This document shows, one piece after another, positions 1-14,600 of a DNA stretch of 64,000 bases. The notes below the pieces were generated by a model. That model was not told the DNA's origin, ran no database searches, and was given only the letters and a program-made list of their open reading frames with translations. Position numbers and translations under genes: made by a program. The stretch is from Podarcis erhardii (Eukaryota), in assembly GCA_964252035.1 (NCBI GenBank), contig OZ176201.1, one strand, 5' to 3'. The number at the start of each line of letters is the position of its first letter. The first letter of the stretch is position 1.

Positions 1-49
1 TTAGCGGAGTCTGTAACCTGAAGCGTATGCAACCCGAGGTACCACTGTA
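1..49. mobile_element. End of Tc1/mariner-type MITE
   Basis: TIR aacccgaggtaccactg followed by TA. Confidence 0.75.
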
Positions 50-464
50 GTGATAATCAGAGCTCAGCCTATAAAGTTCTTGTTGCACTTTCTTTTCAAA
101 AAGGTGTCATTGTCCAAACTGAGCGAACATTAGGCCCGTAAGCCTTTGAATCTATGGCTCTTTTACAATGACCAGAGTCATGCTGTCAAACATATGCACA
201 TATCTCATTATTTTCAGTTGGGAGTCTGTAGGAGTTCTTTTCACTAGAGAGTGAACTCTTTCAACAAATTGATAGTGGATTGGCTGGCTGTGAAGAGAAG
301 AAAGCCTCTGATGTACAAAATATCTCTCTGTGTGAGCATGCATGTGTTTTAAAGTAACGTAAGCACCGGCTGGAACTCCAAACCAGGACTCCTCTCTAAA
401 GACTTTTCCTGTGCTAGAGATCAGGCCTTTTCTATAGGAAATTATGGTTATGGTCCCCTTTGCT

Positions 465-715
465 AAAATGTATCCAAACAGAGTCCTTTGAAGATTTTTT
501 TCATTTTCATTTTTTCCATACCTTGGAAGTCAAACAGAATTCATTCCGGAAGTCCGTTCGACTTCCAAAACATTCAAAAACCAAACCACAGCTTTTGACT
601 GGCTGTAGGAAGCTCTTGCAGCCAATCAGAAGCCCCATTGGATGTTCGCATTCCCCCCAAAAACATTTGCAAACCGGAACAATCACTTCTGGGTTTGCGG
701 CATTGCTAATTCAGG
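465..715. mobile_element. Degenerate Tc1/mariner-type MITE fragment
   Basis: Internal sequence shared with 52301-52490 and 30016-30261. Confidence 0.5.
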
Positions 716-1904
716 ACTCAATTTTAGTTTGTTCTGTAACACCTATTGTGATAGGGACAACCATAGAATGTTTATTCTACATTTTATGAAAAATGAATTC
801 AACTTGCTTTTCTTTTTGAAAAACTGTTAAAGCAACCACATCCAATATGAAAATGCAATAATCATTTGTTTATGTACTTAAGCTTTTATGTCCTATCTTT
901 CTGTCAGGGCAGCTCACAATAACAAAAGTTAATCCATCTGTTGATAAAAATTAAACAGTAACAATTAAACAATAAAACCAGCCACAGACACACAAAAGAA
1001 GAATTTTGCAGCAGAGCAGACATTAAGAGTAAAACCCGTTCGTTAAAGGAAAAAGCCAAATTTTGACTGCAAAAAATCACAGAATTGTTGATTTGGAAGA
1101 AACTCCAACAGCTGCCTAGTCCAAACCCCTGCAACACAGGAATCATGGCTAAAGAATCCCTGACAGATGGCCATTCAACCTTTGTTTTAAAATCCTCCAA
1201 TGCTTGTCTGCATGCAAGAAGCAAAGAATGATGTACCCAGCAATCTGTGGGGCCTCAGGTGTTGAGAAAAACTCCTGAAAAGGCTGATACTAAAGTAGGT
1301 GGTCCTTGGTATATTCCGGTTCCAAACCATTTAGTTAAATCTATTTTTGGGAACTGCCCTGAGATCTACGGATGAAGGGTAGTAGACAAAACTAAATAAA
1401 TAAATCTAAATAAATAAATAATAAAGTGAAGCCACAGGCACTTTATTTTCTTTTGCTGCTGCCTTCATGATAATTCATTAAATATACGATTATATTGCTG
1501 TAAGCTGCCTTGTGAATTGCAAAAATGAAAAGGAAGGGTCTAAATATTTTGAACTGTGAAAATGGTATAATATGCTGCATTTAGTGGAGGCCCCTCTAGA
1601 TTTGTTAGTATCTTACTGTTTTTGTGAAAGTTATGATTTTTCTTCTGCTTCAGCTGTGCAGAAAGATTCTTCAACAATTATAACTAAGTAAATATGATTC
1701 TTCCTACTTCTTGCCACCCAGGGGTTCAGACACTGGGCAATCACCTCCCCATCCTTCTGATTATGGAAATTTGTGATGCTTCTTCTTGTTGTTGTTTGTC
1801 AATATGTTGAAGGTAGAATTGCCATTGAGATGTGGCCAGGGAATCACATCTCTTTGTAGGTGTGCGAATTTGCTTGGTAAATTGTCCCTGTTGCTTGTTC
1901 GCAG

Positions 1905-1980
1905 TGTTCTGAGGCTGGTCCTTTGGATACTGAAATGTCTGAGTTGTACTCCACATCTCAGCTTCTGGACGCTGGTGAAG
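1905..1980 (+). CDS. NSD1: NSD1 exon ([25 protein letters not shown])
   Basis: gcag/gtaggt boundaries, 76 nt, phase 0 to 1; resembles human exon 9 (CYEAG...). Confidence 0.8.
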
Positions 1981-4900
1981 GTAGGTGGTGCTCCTGTTCT
2001 GTAGCATGAAGCTGGCAGTTTCCTGTGAGTGAACATTAATAATAAGCTAAGCAAGATTCTTCCGTCACGTTACATAATCATCAGCCCACTGCAGTGTAAG
2101 CAGATATTTTCACATAGAGACCAAGTCACAAATGAACTGGGTCCAGATCAAAAAGAAGGAATTGCATCTTTGTCTAATAATAATAATAATAATAATACCC
2201 TGCCCATCTGGCTGGGTTTCCCCAGCCACTCTGGGCGGCTTCCAGCCGAATATTAAAAACAAAACAGCATCAAACATTAAAAACTTCCCTAAACAGGGCC
2301 GCCTTCAGTTGTCTTTTAAAAGTAAAATAGTTGCTTATTGTCTTGACATCTGCTGGGAGGGCATTCCACAGGGCAGGTGCCACTACCAAGAAGGCCCTCT
2401 GCCTGCTTCCCTGTAACCTCACTTCTCCCAGGGAGGGAACCACAGGAAGGCCATCAGTGCTGGACCTCAGTGTCTGGGCTGGATGGTGGGGGTGGAGACA
2501 CAGGTATACAGGACCGAGGCTGCTTAGGGCTTTATTAGTCAGAGTCAGTTTTAAAATGAAAACATACTAGAATTTGTGGCAGCAGTGAGTGTAGTGATGG
2601 ACTCAGGAGCACTCCAAAGATGAAAAAGGTGTGTGGGGTGGATCTGGCCAGAAATCTGTTCAGACAACAGCAGAGTGATAAGAAACAACGTGAGACTCAA
2701 AGGTGTCCTTCGGCTTGCATTTCTGAATTTTCAGTGCTCACCAACCACATTTTTCTTCATGATCATGAGGATGAGAAACTAGCTGTTAACTAAGGTGGCT
2801 TCTTAGATGCCAGTAACTCTGCTGTATGGTGTTCAAAGGGATACCTGGAACCACCCTGTTTATCAACTCACTGGTACTTTCTTCCAACTTGTGGTATTTG
2901 GGTAATGTGGAACAAGGGTGACTTCGTCTTATTTTTGTGAAAATATACTCAACAACACAATATGAATTTTCATTCTAAACTGTGTAGTCCTCAGAGGTTT
3001 GCAGACATTTATCTGCAATTGAATTACGGGTTAAAAATGGGTATGGTGTGTCCTACTCATCAGTGCTGGATTTTGGGGTTTAAAATTTGAGGGCCATAGA
3101 TGTCAGAATTACCTTAGGGTACAGTTATTTGATTACAGTCTTGAAACATCTTCCTTACTGCAGCTCCTGAAAAGGTTCCAGGCAAACAGAGAAGGCGGAA
3201 GCGGCAACGACGTACTTTTGCCTCAGCGCCATACAAGAAGGAAAAGGGTGAAGATGTACTGGGAGAAAATGCGAACTCTGAGGTACTTCTGGGCTTTGGA
3301 TTCTGTAAAAGGATACATGTATGACGTCTTTTTGAAGTAGCATTATATTTTTAAAAATGCATAAAACTATTGACTGTGTTGTAAAAGAAGGTATAAAAGA
3401 CTTAGCAGCAAACAAAGGCAGGACTGCACAAGAGTATTGTGTATAAACTAGTGGCTCATGTTTAAAAGATTTGCGTTAACCTAAGTATTCATACACGCAT
3501 ACATTTCTGTGCCGCTAAACCAAGAAAAATGTATTCATTTTGAATTATACATACAAACAACAATTACAGGAACTTGTTCTCACAATGTGTATAAGGCCTG
3601 GAAAAACTCGCCGCAGCTACAAGCTGAATGTCACACCAACTGCCCTGAAACCCTTCAAAAAAACCTCCCCTATTCAGAGAGTGGTGTATATAAAATCAAA
3701 AGTAAAAACATAAAAAGGCAAAGTTCAGAAGCACATAAAACCAGGTTTTAGGGATATTGTTGTGATACTTACACGGTTGGGAGTCCATTTTAGATTACAG
3801 TATACTGAAATTCACTGGACAGTTGGCTTTAACATTTGAAACAGTATATTCTAAAGCATGTTTCTGTCATAGGCTTCCAAGTTTACAATACTATATTTCC
3901 ATTCACATACAGGATGTGGAAATGAAAGCTGCACGTTTTGTATTTCACATACTGTGTTCTTTCCACAAGACCTAGTATGAAATTGCTTTTCTGCTCTGTG
4001 ACACTTTCATGGAATAGAAATATATTTTTCTCTGAAAGCAGTATACTACAGTCTTCTTGAACATCCACCAGTTGTTTGAAATTATACGCCCACAACTTTT
4101 TCTTGGTTTAGCAATGACAGGAGGGTTTCTGTACATTAGGGTTTTATATATTTATTTAGTGGTTATGTTTATAACCCATCCTTTTCTCACAGTGACCAAC
4201 ATGTTCATATGAGTGGAAGAGTTGCACCTGCTTCTCTTAACACAGTCATTTGCAATTGTCCATTTGCATCTCATTATATAGTCTACACTGTTTGCTGAAG
4301 ACACACTTCTGTACCCTGCCCTTTGACAGCTGAACATTTGTGTGATATTTGTGAGACCACCCCTATTATTCTTTGGTTTGTTTTGAGTTGTTTTATTTGA
4401 TTTTGATATTGTATGATTTTATGCTTGCAACCCGTCATGGGATCTTGTGAAAGGGGGGGGGTATGAAATCTAATAAATCAATAGCGTTGTGTGTCAGATA
4501 CTGAGGTTGCGCCCTGGAGACAGTGTGGTGTAGTGGTTAGCGTGTTGGAGCAAGACCTGGGAGACGGGGGTTCTAGTCCCCACCCATGAAGCTCACTGGG
4601 TGACTTTGGGCAAGTCGCTGTCTCTCAAATCTACCCAACCTCTCAGGGTTGTTGTGAGGATAAAATGGAGATGGGGAAAACCATGTATGCCACCTCTTGA
4701 GCAACTTGGAGGAAAGGCAGGATATAAATGTAATGAATAAATAATGGTTGTGGAGATTCCCAACATAGGTGTTTAGGAAGTATACTGCCACAGGGCAGCA
4801 AAATAGTCATAGTCATGTGTTTTGTTAAAGTTCAGAATGTTTCTTTCCCTCAGTGAAACCTTAAAAGTGGAGAAGTGTGAGGAGAGTTAGCGCCACAGCA

Positions 4901-7900
4901 TGAGGCATCTTCTGCAGGCAGAGTGATTAGGGCTAGAGGCGCTGCATGCAGCTCGGCAAGCAGGTTGGCAGAACACCCCTATGTATTGTACCCAAACTAT
5001 AAGAGCAGCCCAGAGGAGGGGGTAAATGAAAGAGAGAATCTGACTGATCACAGTCTTTCTTTTTCTCAAAAGGGAGATAGGACTAATCATGGAACAGCTG
5101 GAAGCCCCAAGGAGACTATTGAGGAAGGGTCTGAAAATGACCATGGAGTGCCTTCATCCAAACGGATGCAGGGGGAGCGAGGAGGAGGAGCTGCTCTCAA
5201 GGAGAACGTGTGTCAGGTAAAAGTCTGAAGTGCTTTGCTTGAATGCTGGTAATTGTGAAGATGACTTGAAGCAGCCAGACTACTTGGGGACAGGCCATGT
5301 TAGCAGGAACCAGATATTTGCAGAGCTTGCATCCAATGCTTTTTTAAAAGCTTCTGCAAACAAAACTCTTAAGGTATTTTTATTAATTTTGACATGAGGG
5401 CTTTCTGTCTACAATCCTTATTTTGTGTGCAGTCCCAGAACCATTTTGGGTAGACAGGAAGTGTGGGGGGTACAGGATTGCAAACGTGTGTTTAACGTGT
5501 GCCTTGTAAGGAGCTTCTGAAGTAGTGTAAATCACTCGAAGTTCTAATGTTTGAGCCAAACAATTGGACCACAGCGGCTGTTGCTGAAAATGTGTTAGCT
5601 GTGGTTTAGTAGCTATGCATAAGCTAGGATTCCCTACTCCCACTGTTAAGTTGTGGGTGAACATATCAGATGACATAGCGATTCTTCAAACAGCTCTTGT
5701 TTATTCACAGGCCAGAACAGAACTGACCTGAAGGGTTCAGTCAGCCTCCTTATATAGAGCTCCAGTACAACGTAACTGTAACAATTTTCTAAAACTATCC
5801 AATCACTGAACGTCACTTTCGATCCCTTATTTGCATAACTATCTACAATATCCCCCTGCTAGCCCAGGGTGAGAACTTCAGTACATAACACCCACCTCTT
5901 TAATTTCAGTCCTTGACCACACATTGTTTATAATTCCTTTGCAGATCTGTGAAAAGCCAGGTGAATTGTTGCTCTGTGAAGCCCAGTGCTGTGGAGCTTT
6001 CCACCTGCAGTGCCTCGGGCTCTCAGAAATGCCGAAGGGCAAGTTTATCTGCACTGAGTGTTCCACAGGTACGAAACTGTACTCGCTGATGGTGTGGCGA
6101 GCTCTCGGGTTGCTTTCAAATGTTGGAGCTTGTTGAAAACAAATGGCTTTGCAGCATGGAGCAGAACGGCTCTGCTGTCTACCAGGCTGGAGCAATCCTG
6201 ATCTTGTATGTTGTTGCCTCCAGCCGTGGTGACTGCCTGTAACTTTTTTTTTTTTTGCTCTGCTGCCGTTCAGGACTCTTGCACCTTCTCTTCTTTGATT
6301 GTGTTTCTTCTACTTTGCTGCCCTCTCCTATTAGGAGTCCACACGTGTTTTGTATGCAAGAACAGTGGAGAAAACGTCAAGCGGTGCTTGCTTCCCTTGT
6401 GTGGGAAGTACTATCATGAAGAGTGCATACAGAAGTACCCTCCCACAGTCATGCAGAACAAGGGCTTTCGCTGCTCACTGCACATCTGCATGACTTGCCA
6501 TGCAGCCAACCCAGCAAATGTCTCCGCATCTAAAGGTACAGTAACCTTTTCTTGTGTCCAGAATGGAAGTGCATTTCTACATTCATTTTAATTCATTGGT
6601 GTTCCCCCCACCCTGTTCTTGGATATTTTAAAGGTGGGGTTGGTGTATAAAACTTCAATCTTAATAAACGATTTTTTCAGCTTTTATTATTATTAAGAAA
6701 ATGTAATTCCAATATATTTCTCTGCTAGGTCGCTTGATGCGCTGTGTCCGATGTCCTGTTGCATACCACTCGAATGATTTCTGCCTCGCTGCTGGGACTG
6801 TGATCCTTGCTTCCAACAGCATGATTTGCCCAAATCATTTTAGCCCTCGAAGGGGCTGCAGAAACCATGAGCATGTAAATGTCAGCTGGTGCTTTGTTTG
6901 TTCAGAAGGTAAGGCGCTTTGTGCTGGGCCTGGTGCGTTATGAGTGCTGCCATGTTTTGAATGAGTACAAGCATAGGAGGATGTTGTTGAGGAAGTGAGG
7001 GGGCAGCCTAATCTATCAGCTCTTTACCACAAAATGATACAAATGGCCACGATGCTGTCCTTTGTGTAAGTGAAACATGTTGCCGGACTGAGGTATACAG
7101 TCAGGATCATCCCTGGGGGTCCCTACTTTGGGCCTAAGGGAGAGGGAAGCAGCCAAAAGAAGGCAATGGGCCTTCCATAGAATGCAATACAGTGGTACCT
7201 TGGGTTAAGTACTTAATGGAGGTCCATTCTTAACCTGAAACTCTTCTTAACCTGAGGTACCACTTTAGCTAATGGGGCCTCCCGCTGCTGCCGCACTGCC
7301 ACCATGTGATTTCTGTTCTCATCCTGAGGCAAGGTTCTTAACCCAAGGTACTATTTCTGGGTTAGCGGAGTCTGCAATCTGAAGTGTCTGTAACCTGAGG
7401 TACCACTGTATGTAAAGGCAGTGGTCATGTTAGTGGGATGGGCCACAGTGATAAAGCCACTAAAACAAAATGTAATATATATGTTTGCTAAGCTTGCTGA
7501 CATAGCAGGCACAGCAAATGAGACATGGAATATGGAACTTAAGCCCTTCTTCCATAGAGCTTAGGGCAGTATACATGGTTGACTTCCCCCTTTTCACCAT
7601 CCCCCTTTCTGTGAGCGAAGATTGGCCTAACTGCCTCCTTGTCATATATAACACCTCAGAAGATGAAGTAGTGGAAAAAAGTAAATGTTGTGGCCCGCAG
7701 GTGCTTCGCTATGCAAATAGATATGATTGGGTTTAGCACTGGCATATTGTATTGGCTTTGACACAGTTGAGACCTTTACAATAAAATGGATACCTGGGGG
7801 GTGAAGTTAACTTTATTCTGGGGACCAGCACGACCCTCTTTTGACCCATTTTCCATTTAAAGAACTGAAGTGGGATTTGAGGTCTGGATAGGATGAACTC

Positions 7901-8610
7901 CCCTTTTAATGTGATGCTGTGCATAGGTGTTCCTGTGGTTCTGTCCCTGACATACCTGCCTTTCTTTCTCACAGGTGGAAGCCTTCTGTGCTGTGAATCC
8001 TGCCCTGCTGCATTCCACAGGGAGTGTCTGAACATTGACATGCCAGAGGGGAGCTGGTACTGTAACGACTGCAAAGCTGGCAAGAAGCCACACTACAAGG
8101 AGGTGGTCTGGGTTAAAGTGGGACGTTACAGGTGAGAGTGAATGAAGGCAAATTTCTGTTATATTTAAAAGATTACAGTTGTCTCTTGTGAAAGCTTGTT
8201 GCTACTGCTCATTTTTGCTTTGCTAATATTATTAATACTGTACAGTGGTACCTCGGGTTAAGAACTTAATTCGTTCTGGAGGTCTGTTCTTAACCTGAAA
8301 CTGTTCTTAACCTGAGGTACCACTTTAGCTAATGGGGCCTCCCCCTGACACTGTGTGATTTCTGTTCTCATCCTGAACCTGAGGTACTATTTCTGGGTTA
8401 GCGGAATCTGTAACCTGAAGGGTCTGCAACCTGAAGTGTCTGTAACCCAAGGTACTACTGTATTCACAGTGTCAAGAGGGGACCTCCCCTCAGCTTTATG
8501 TGTATTCTTACCAGCATGGCTGTTGCTGCCCTTACAGTTGTTTCCACAATGTTAATAGAATACGTAAAGTCTTCTACTAATGTGGGTTCCTGTTATGCCA
8601 TGGTTAGGTT

Positions 8611-8641
<31 letters not shown>

Positions 8642-11600
8642 GATGCATCTCCAAAGGAGTGGATCTAGGAAACGGACATTCCAGAAATTTATCCATGGGT
8701 TCATCTGTTTTTCTTGCCTTTGTTCATTTCCAGGTGGTGGCCAGCTGAGATTTGCCACCCTAGGACCATCCCTGTCAACATCCAGAAAATGAAGCATGTC
8801 ATCGGTGAATTTCCTGTACTTTTTTTTGGATCAAATGATTACCTTTGGACCCACCAAGCTCGAGTATTTCCCTATATGGAAGGAGATGTGAGCAGCAAGG
8901 ACAAGATGGCAAAGGGAGTTGATGGCATTTACAAGAAGGGTAACCCATTTTCTTCTACTCTAATGTAACCATGAAAGTTTGCAATGAATCCCATCTTTTT
9001 CTTTGTTCTCAGGGAAATAAGATGCTGCTTTAGGGAAAAAGGAATAGATTCTGGCATCATTATACTTCAGAAATAGCCCTGGCTAGAATTATAGATTGAG
9101 CAACTTTGGTTTGTCATGATGTCTGAACTGATGAGCAGTGGTTTGTGAGTGGTCGGCACACCAGAAATGGAAGCTGTGGTTTGAAATAGGTTTGCAAACC
9201 ATAGTTTCTGCTAAGCAAACTAACTATAGTTATAACTATTGCTTTGCCTCCAAAGGCCACTGGGCCTAGACACAGAAGCACTAAGCAGACAAGTAGTTCT
9301 AAACTATACTTTGTCCATCCAGAACCTCAAACTGTGGGTGCATTTGCATGCCATGGTAAACAATGGTTAATTCTTTACCATGAGTGTGCAGCTTGCTCCC
9401 CATTTTTCCCCTTCTGCTAGTGAGCAGGAGCAACAAACCACAACTCTTGGTGTACATGGTTGAAACATAACACTAAATCAGGGATTATAGTTTGTTGTTC
9501 CACTTGCTACTGGATGGAATAAAGTGGGAGTGATTTCCATATTCCTGGTGAACTATTAACTGTGGTTTACTGTGACATACAAATTCAGCTAAAGTGTGTT
9601 GAGAGGTCGGAACTGAGTCTCTTTTGTTGTTGTTTTTAATCTTTCCTGAGGTGACATTTCTTGATGTAAGAACTCAGCATAGAGTAGATGGGGATTGGTG
9701 TCTATATAGCTTTAAGATGTAGGGATAAAACAAATTATTTCAAAAAGCTTGAGTTACACAAAACAATGTCTTTACTTTTTGCAATCCTGAAACAAAGGCA
9801 TGCTAAAGTTTTCTGGCTACTGCCTGGGAGTATGGAAATCTCAGTACTGTTCTCAGTTTTGCTACAGACTGGGAATCCTAGAGAATCCTCTTTGTGGCTG
9901 CTGTTTCCTGTCCCGTCTGTTACTGGTGCCTCACTTCAGCATATTTTCATGTAAGTGCATATATAAAAGTGGCTGAATGCCTGTTCTTATATAATAAGGA
10001 AGTTTTCTTAATTTAGCTCTGCAGGAAGCTGCTGTGAGGTTTGAAGAGCTGAAAACGCAGAAGGAACTGAGGCAGCTACAGGAAGACAAAAAGAATGATA
10101 AGAAGCCCCCTCCTTACAAACATATCAAGGTGAGGATGCAGGACATGATAGCAGATGACGGGCCTTGTGCACATGTGTTGCCCCCTATCCCTTGAAGGTG
10201 GTTGGGCTGTGGGACTGTGTGCTCCATCCTTAAACATAATGAAGGCACAAGTCTTAACCATTGTTAATGCTGACCAGGACGTGCTCTTAACTATACACTC
10301 TTCTTGCCAATCTTTTCTTCATATCTTGCCACCTGCCACTACACCACAAAAGCTGAAACCTGTACAATCTGTCCACTGTGAAACATTTCCTTTAGACTTC
10401 AAAGGAAGCACACAAGCTGTTTTTGGTGGTACCACAGATTCACATGGCAAGATTCACCTAACAAGTCATGTCAGTGCAAGCCCTGTGTGAGGATTTCCAC
10501 TTGCACAAGGGGACTTTTCCCTCCTCTCCTCCCCCTCCACACCCGCTGAATTGGGTCTAAGGGGGTTGGGAGAACCCCCAGAAGTGCTGGGGGGATCATT
10601 CTGTCTGGCAAGGTGCAATTCTTGTGTTGATGGGGTGTTCACTGTAGTGCAACATTGAGTTTTACCTATGTTTTAATCCCAGTGTAAACTATGAGGTCAG
10701 CTATTGGCCACATGAACTTCAACTCTTTGCTGACCTGCAGTAAATCTTTGGTGTATAAAATCCTGTTGAAAGGAAGGGACTCTCCTTACTGTGTGAACTA
10801 CTATGTTCTTTCTGTCCCACCCTGAGAAAGGATCACCTCACACTATTGAACACCATTACAATAGCTGATTAAAGTGGAAGGTGCATTTTCTATGCTGGTA
10901 GAAGAGTTGCAGCTGAAACAATAATAAAGATTAACAATATACATGAAAGTGCAGTATTGACCCATTTCAACAAGTATCACTGTAGCAAAAGTTGTTTCTG
11001 ATTTCCATGTATGTAGTCTACATTTCTGCATTCCAGTGATTTAGCTAGGCCAGCCGATTTACTTAGTGGCTTATATCTGTATTTAAAGGTGAACCGGCCT
11101 GTAGGCAAAGTGCAGATCTTCACTGCAGACTTGTCTGAGATCCCACGTTGCAATTGCAAGCCAGCTGATGAAAACCCCTGTGGCCTAGACTCCGAGTGTA
11201 TTAATCGCATGCTGCTCTATGAGTGTCACCCTGCTGTCTGCCCTGCTGGGGAACGTTGCCAAAACCAGTGTTTTACCAAAAGGCAATATCCTGAAGTGGA
11301 AATATTCCGCACATTGGCAAGAGGCTGGGGTTTGCAAGCCAAAAGAGACATTAAAAAGGTATGTTTGTTTTTTGCTGTCTTAATTCTTCCCCAAGTTTAG
11401 TTTCAGCATCCCACACTTTCTATAATTGAATTTAGTTTTCCTTTCTTAAAGCGTAAAATTTACAAAGACAAGAAATGAGTCATTATTCCTGTCTGAGACA
11501 TACATACACATGTGGTAGGAGTTTGTTTCCCATGATTACCTAAATATATAGTCAGTCTTTGCCTTCCCATATATAAGTTGGGTTCTGTGCTAATGGAACC

Positions 11601-14600
11601 TTGAAACAATCTGAACTAGATTTAGCAGAAATCAATATATGTCAGGATTTCCCCAGATGAGTAGTATTGCTTACCTCTCTTCATCCTACACCGCAAATTC
11701 TTGAGTGCCCAGTTTTTCATCACGCTTCTGTGTTTTAAGAAACAGATGGAAAGTACTGCTCATTAGACTGTTTCTTAGCCTCACATTTTCTTACACCAAA
11801 ACCATCCTTAATTAATACCCATCTAAGTAAAGGGATTTTAAACCCCATATTTAAACTGAGTGGATTGCCAAAAAAATTTCTATCAAGGCGATGTCTGCAT
11901 TTGCAGTTTTTACTGTTGTAAAAAGTAACTACTGTAAACGCTTGAATTGCTGAATCTCAGCTCTCCTAGGCAAACCATGAGCCCTAAATCTTGGCTACTT
12001 CTCGTGGTTACTTATGATTTAGCTCAGCACAGCAGTAGGGGGGTTAGGGAGGCACTAAGCACTCACAGTTTTCTTTTTTGGAGGCCATGGGTTGGCATAG
12101 TGTGACAGGCATACCAGACTACAAAGAGCAGTGGTCTAGGTCAAAAGAAACCAGTTTGTAATAAAACTGAAGGTTATGATGCTCTAGTATGTTTTATTAA
12201 GGAATGCAGTTCAGTACCTAAAATAGAGATGGTGCCTCCTCAGGCTCACCTTCCAAAAAGCACTAAAGATTTTGGTTTCCATGAAAAGCTATGAATTAGT
12301 AACTTTTGTTTTAATGGGTGTGTGTTTTGTTCATTTGTTTCCTATGCGTATCTCTTCCCATCCCCAAAGCCCCTGAGTTTGATTGGTCTTGGCTTTGTAT
12401 TCAGAGTACTATTTGTTGTTCTCTCATCTCTTCCCACTTCCACACTTTCAGGGTGAGTTTGTCAACGAATATGTGGGAGAGCTGATAGATGAGGAGGAAT
12501 GCCGGGCCAGAATCCGCTATGCCCAAGAGCACGATATCACCAACTTTTATATGCTAACTTTGGACAAGGTGTGTGAAAACATTCCTGTTTTCTATATCTG
12601 AAGTAAAATACTGCTAGTTCATGTACGTTTGAAACAATAAATTAAGATACTGTGCCTTCTGTTGGCATTGGTTTTAGATTGCAAGACCACCTGATTTGTG
12701 TGTGTGCTTTCTTGGAAAGACATCTCCCCCAACCCTCAAATTTCTTAGAGCATTCCATATCTGTATTGCACTGCTTATAGCTAAGAATAAAGTTCTGTGT
12801 TTTGAAAGGCTTGAGTTCTTCCCTGTGCTTTTTAGGATCGAATAATTGATGCTGGACCAAAAGGCAATTATGCTCGATTTATGAACCATTGCTGCCAGCC
12901 AAATTGTGAGACACAGAAGTGGTCAGTGAATGGAGATACTCGGGTTGGCCTTTTTGCGCTCATAAATATCAAAGCTGGTAAGGAGCCCTAATGATTAGTA
13001 GCCTTGTTTCTGATATTTTGGCGTATGTATCAAGAAATGAAAGTCTGCAGCCTGAGGGCAGGTTTATCTAATGAGTCCCGCTAATGGAACTCTGTTCAAG
13101 GACTTCTGCTGATTCAGTGGCACTTCCCTTCTTTTCCCACCCTCTCACTGAAATTGGCTTTGTGGTGGGGGGTCAAGAAAACCCCCAGAACTGCATGTGG
13201 GGGGAGCAGAGGGGGGTCATTTTGTCTCACAGTCTGAAAAGCTTGAGCTGATGGAACGATTGCCATAGCACTATGTTGGATTCCTCCCTGAGTGATGGCA
13301 TGTAAGAAGTTGAGATACTTCTTCACAGTAAGTGACACATATCTCTGCGTTCACCATCCATTACATATAACAAAAAGCTTTAATAGGTAGCAGCTGTCAT
13401 AGAATCAAAGAGTTGGGAGTAGTATTTTGAAGTCATTTCCCAACCCCCTGCTCAGTGCAAGATACAATACAGCATCCCTGACAGGTGGCTATTTGGTGGA
13501 AGGTATGTTCTTCTATCTGTGTATTTGTACTATATTCACAATGTAGGAAATTTCATCCTGCTTGTTGAAATTTCATCTTGCATGGTCCTCAGGAGGTAAG
13601 GTAATGCAATTCTACTAAGTCATAGACCTTTGTTGCTAGCCTGCACTGGAATTTCAGCACATACAAGGAAAAGTAGAAGCAGCAGATTCTCCTCAGCATT
13701 TGCACATCTTTTTTTGGGGGGGGGGGTTGGTTTTTCTTGTTTGTTTAATCTTGTTTTTAATCTTTTATTCCAGTTCTAGAACTTCAGGTTTAGCAAAGCC
13801 TATTACAATCCAAATGGGTCTCATTGATTTCTCTTATTACCAGGGACTGAGCTAACTTTCAACTACAACCTGGAGTGTTTGGGGAATGGGAAGACAGTTT
13901 GCAAATGTGGTGCTCCAAACTGCAGTGGTTTCCTTGGAGTAAGACCAAAGGTATTTCAAACCCTTATTTAGATTTCTTCCTTCAGCTGCCCTTTGAATTG
14001 CTTGGGGTTCATTTTTTACTTAATTTAAAGGAATCTTTTTCTCTTCAGTATACTCCTCTCCAAGTTACTGTGTGATTGCTATTGCTGTTGATAAAAATGG
14101 CACCCCTTTAAGGCCCACTCTGCATTGCTTAAATCAGATGAAAATGGGGGGGGGGGACTGGAAAAAAGCCAATGCCAGGAGAGATCTGTGCTAATAACAT
14201 TAATCACTGTATAGGGAAGTTTTTAATGTTGGATGTTTTACTTTGTTGGATGTTTTAATTTGTTGGAAGCCACCCAGAGTGACTGAGGCAACCCTGTTAG
14301 ATGGGCAGCATATGAATAATACATTGTTGTTGTTGTTCTTTTCCTGACACAGTGGTCAGGATGAATGTAAAACTTCCAATGTGTCCAAAATGAATATATG
14401 TTTGTTAGGAACTTTCATAGCTGGGGAAACTCTGGGTTTATTCATACTAGGAAAACATAATCTTATCATATGGCCTATTCAGAATTGAACTGTTTACTTA
14501 CCCCTCAAGAATTGTGATTGCAGCTGTTTTCCTTGTGGTCTTTCATCAAGTCAGCTAAAGAAGTTTAACAGAAAGAGGTATGAGGACTGGGATTTGTTCC

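Noticed and set aside
1761-2054. Minus-strand ORF faintly resembling a GIY-YIG/Penelope fragment
   Set aside because: Key motifs are absent and it overlaps an NSD1 exon in antisense.
7188-8462. Recurrent direct repeats resembling an array (AACCTGAAG / AACCTGAGG)
   Set aside because: They are internal sub-repeats of mariner MITEs in a eukaryotic intron, not a CRISPR array.
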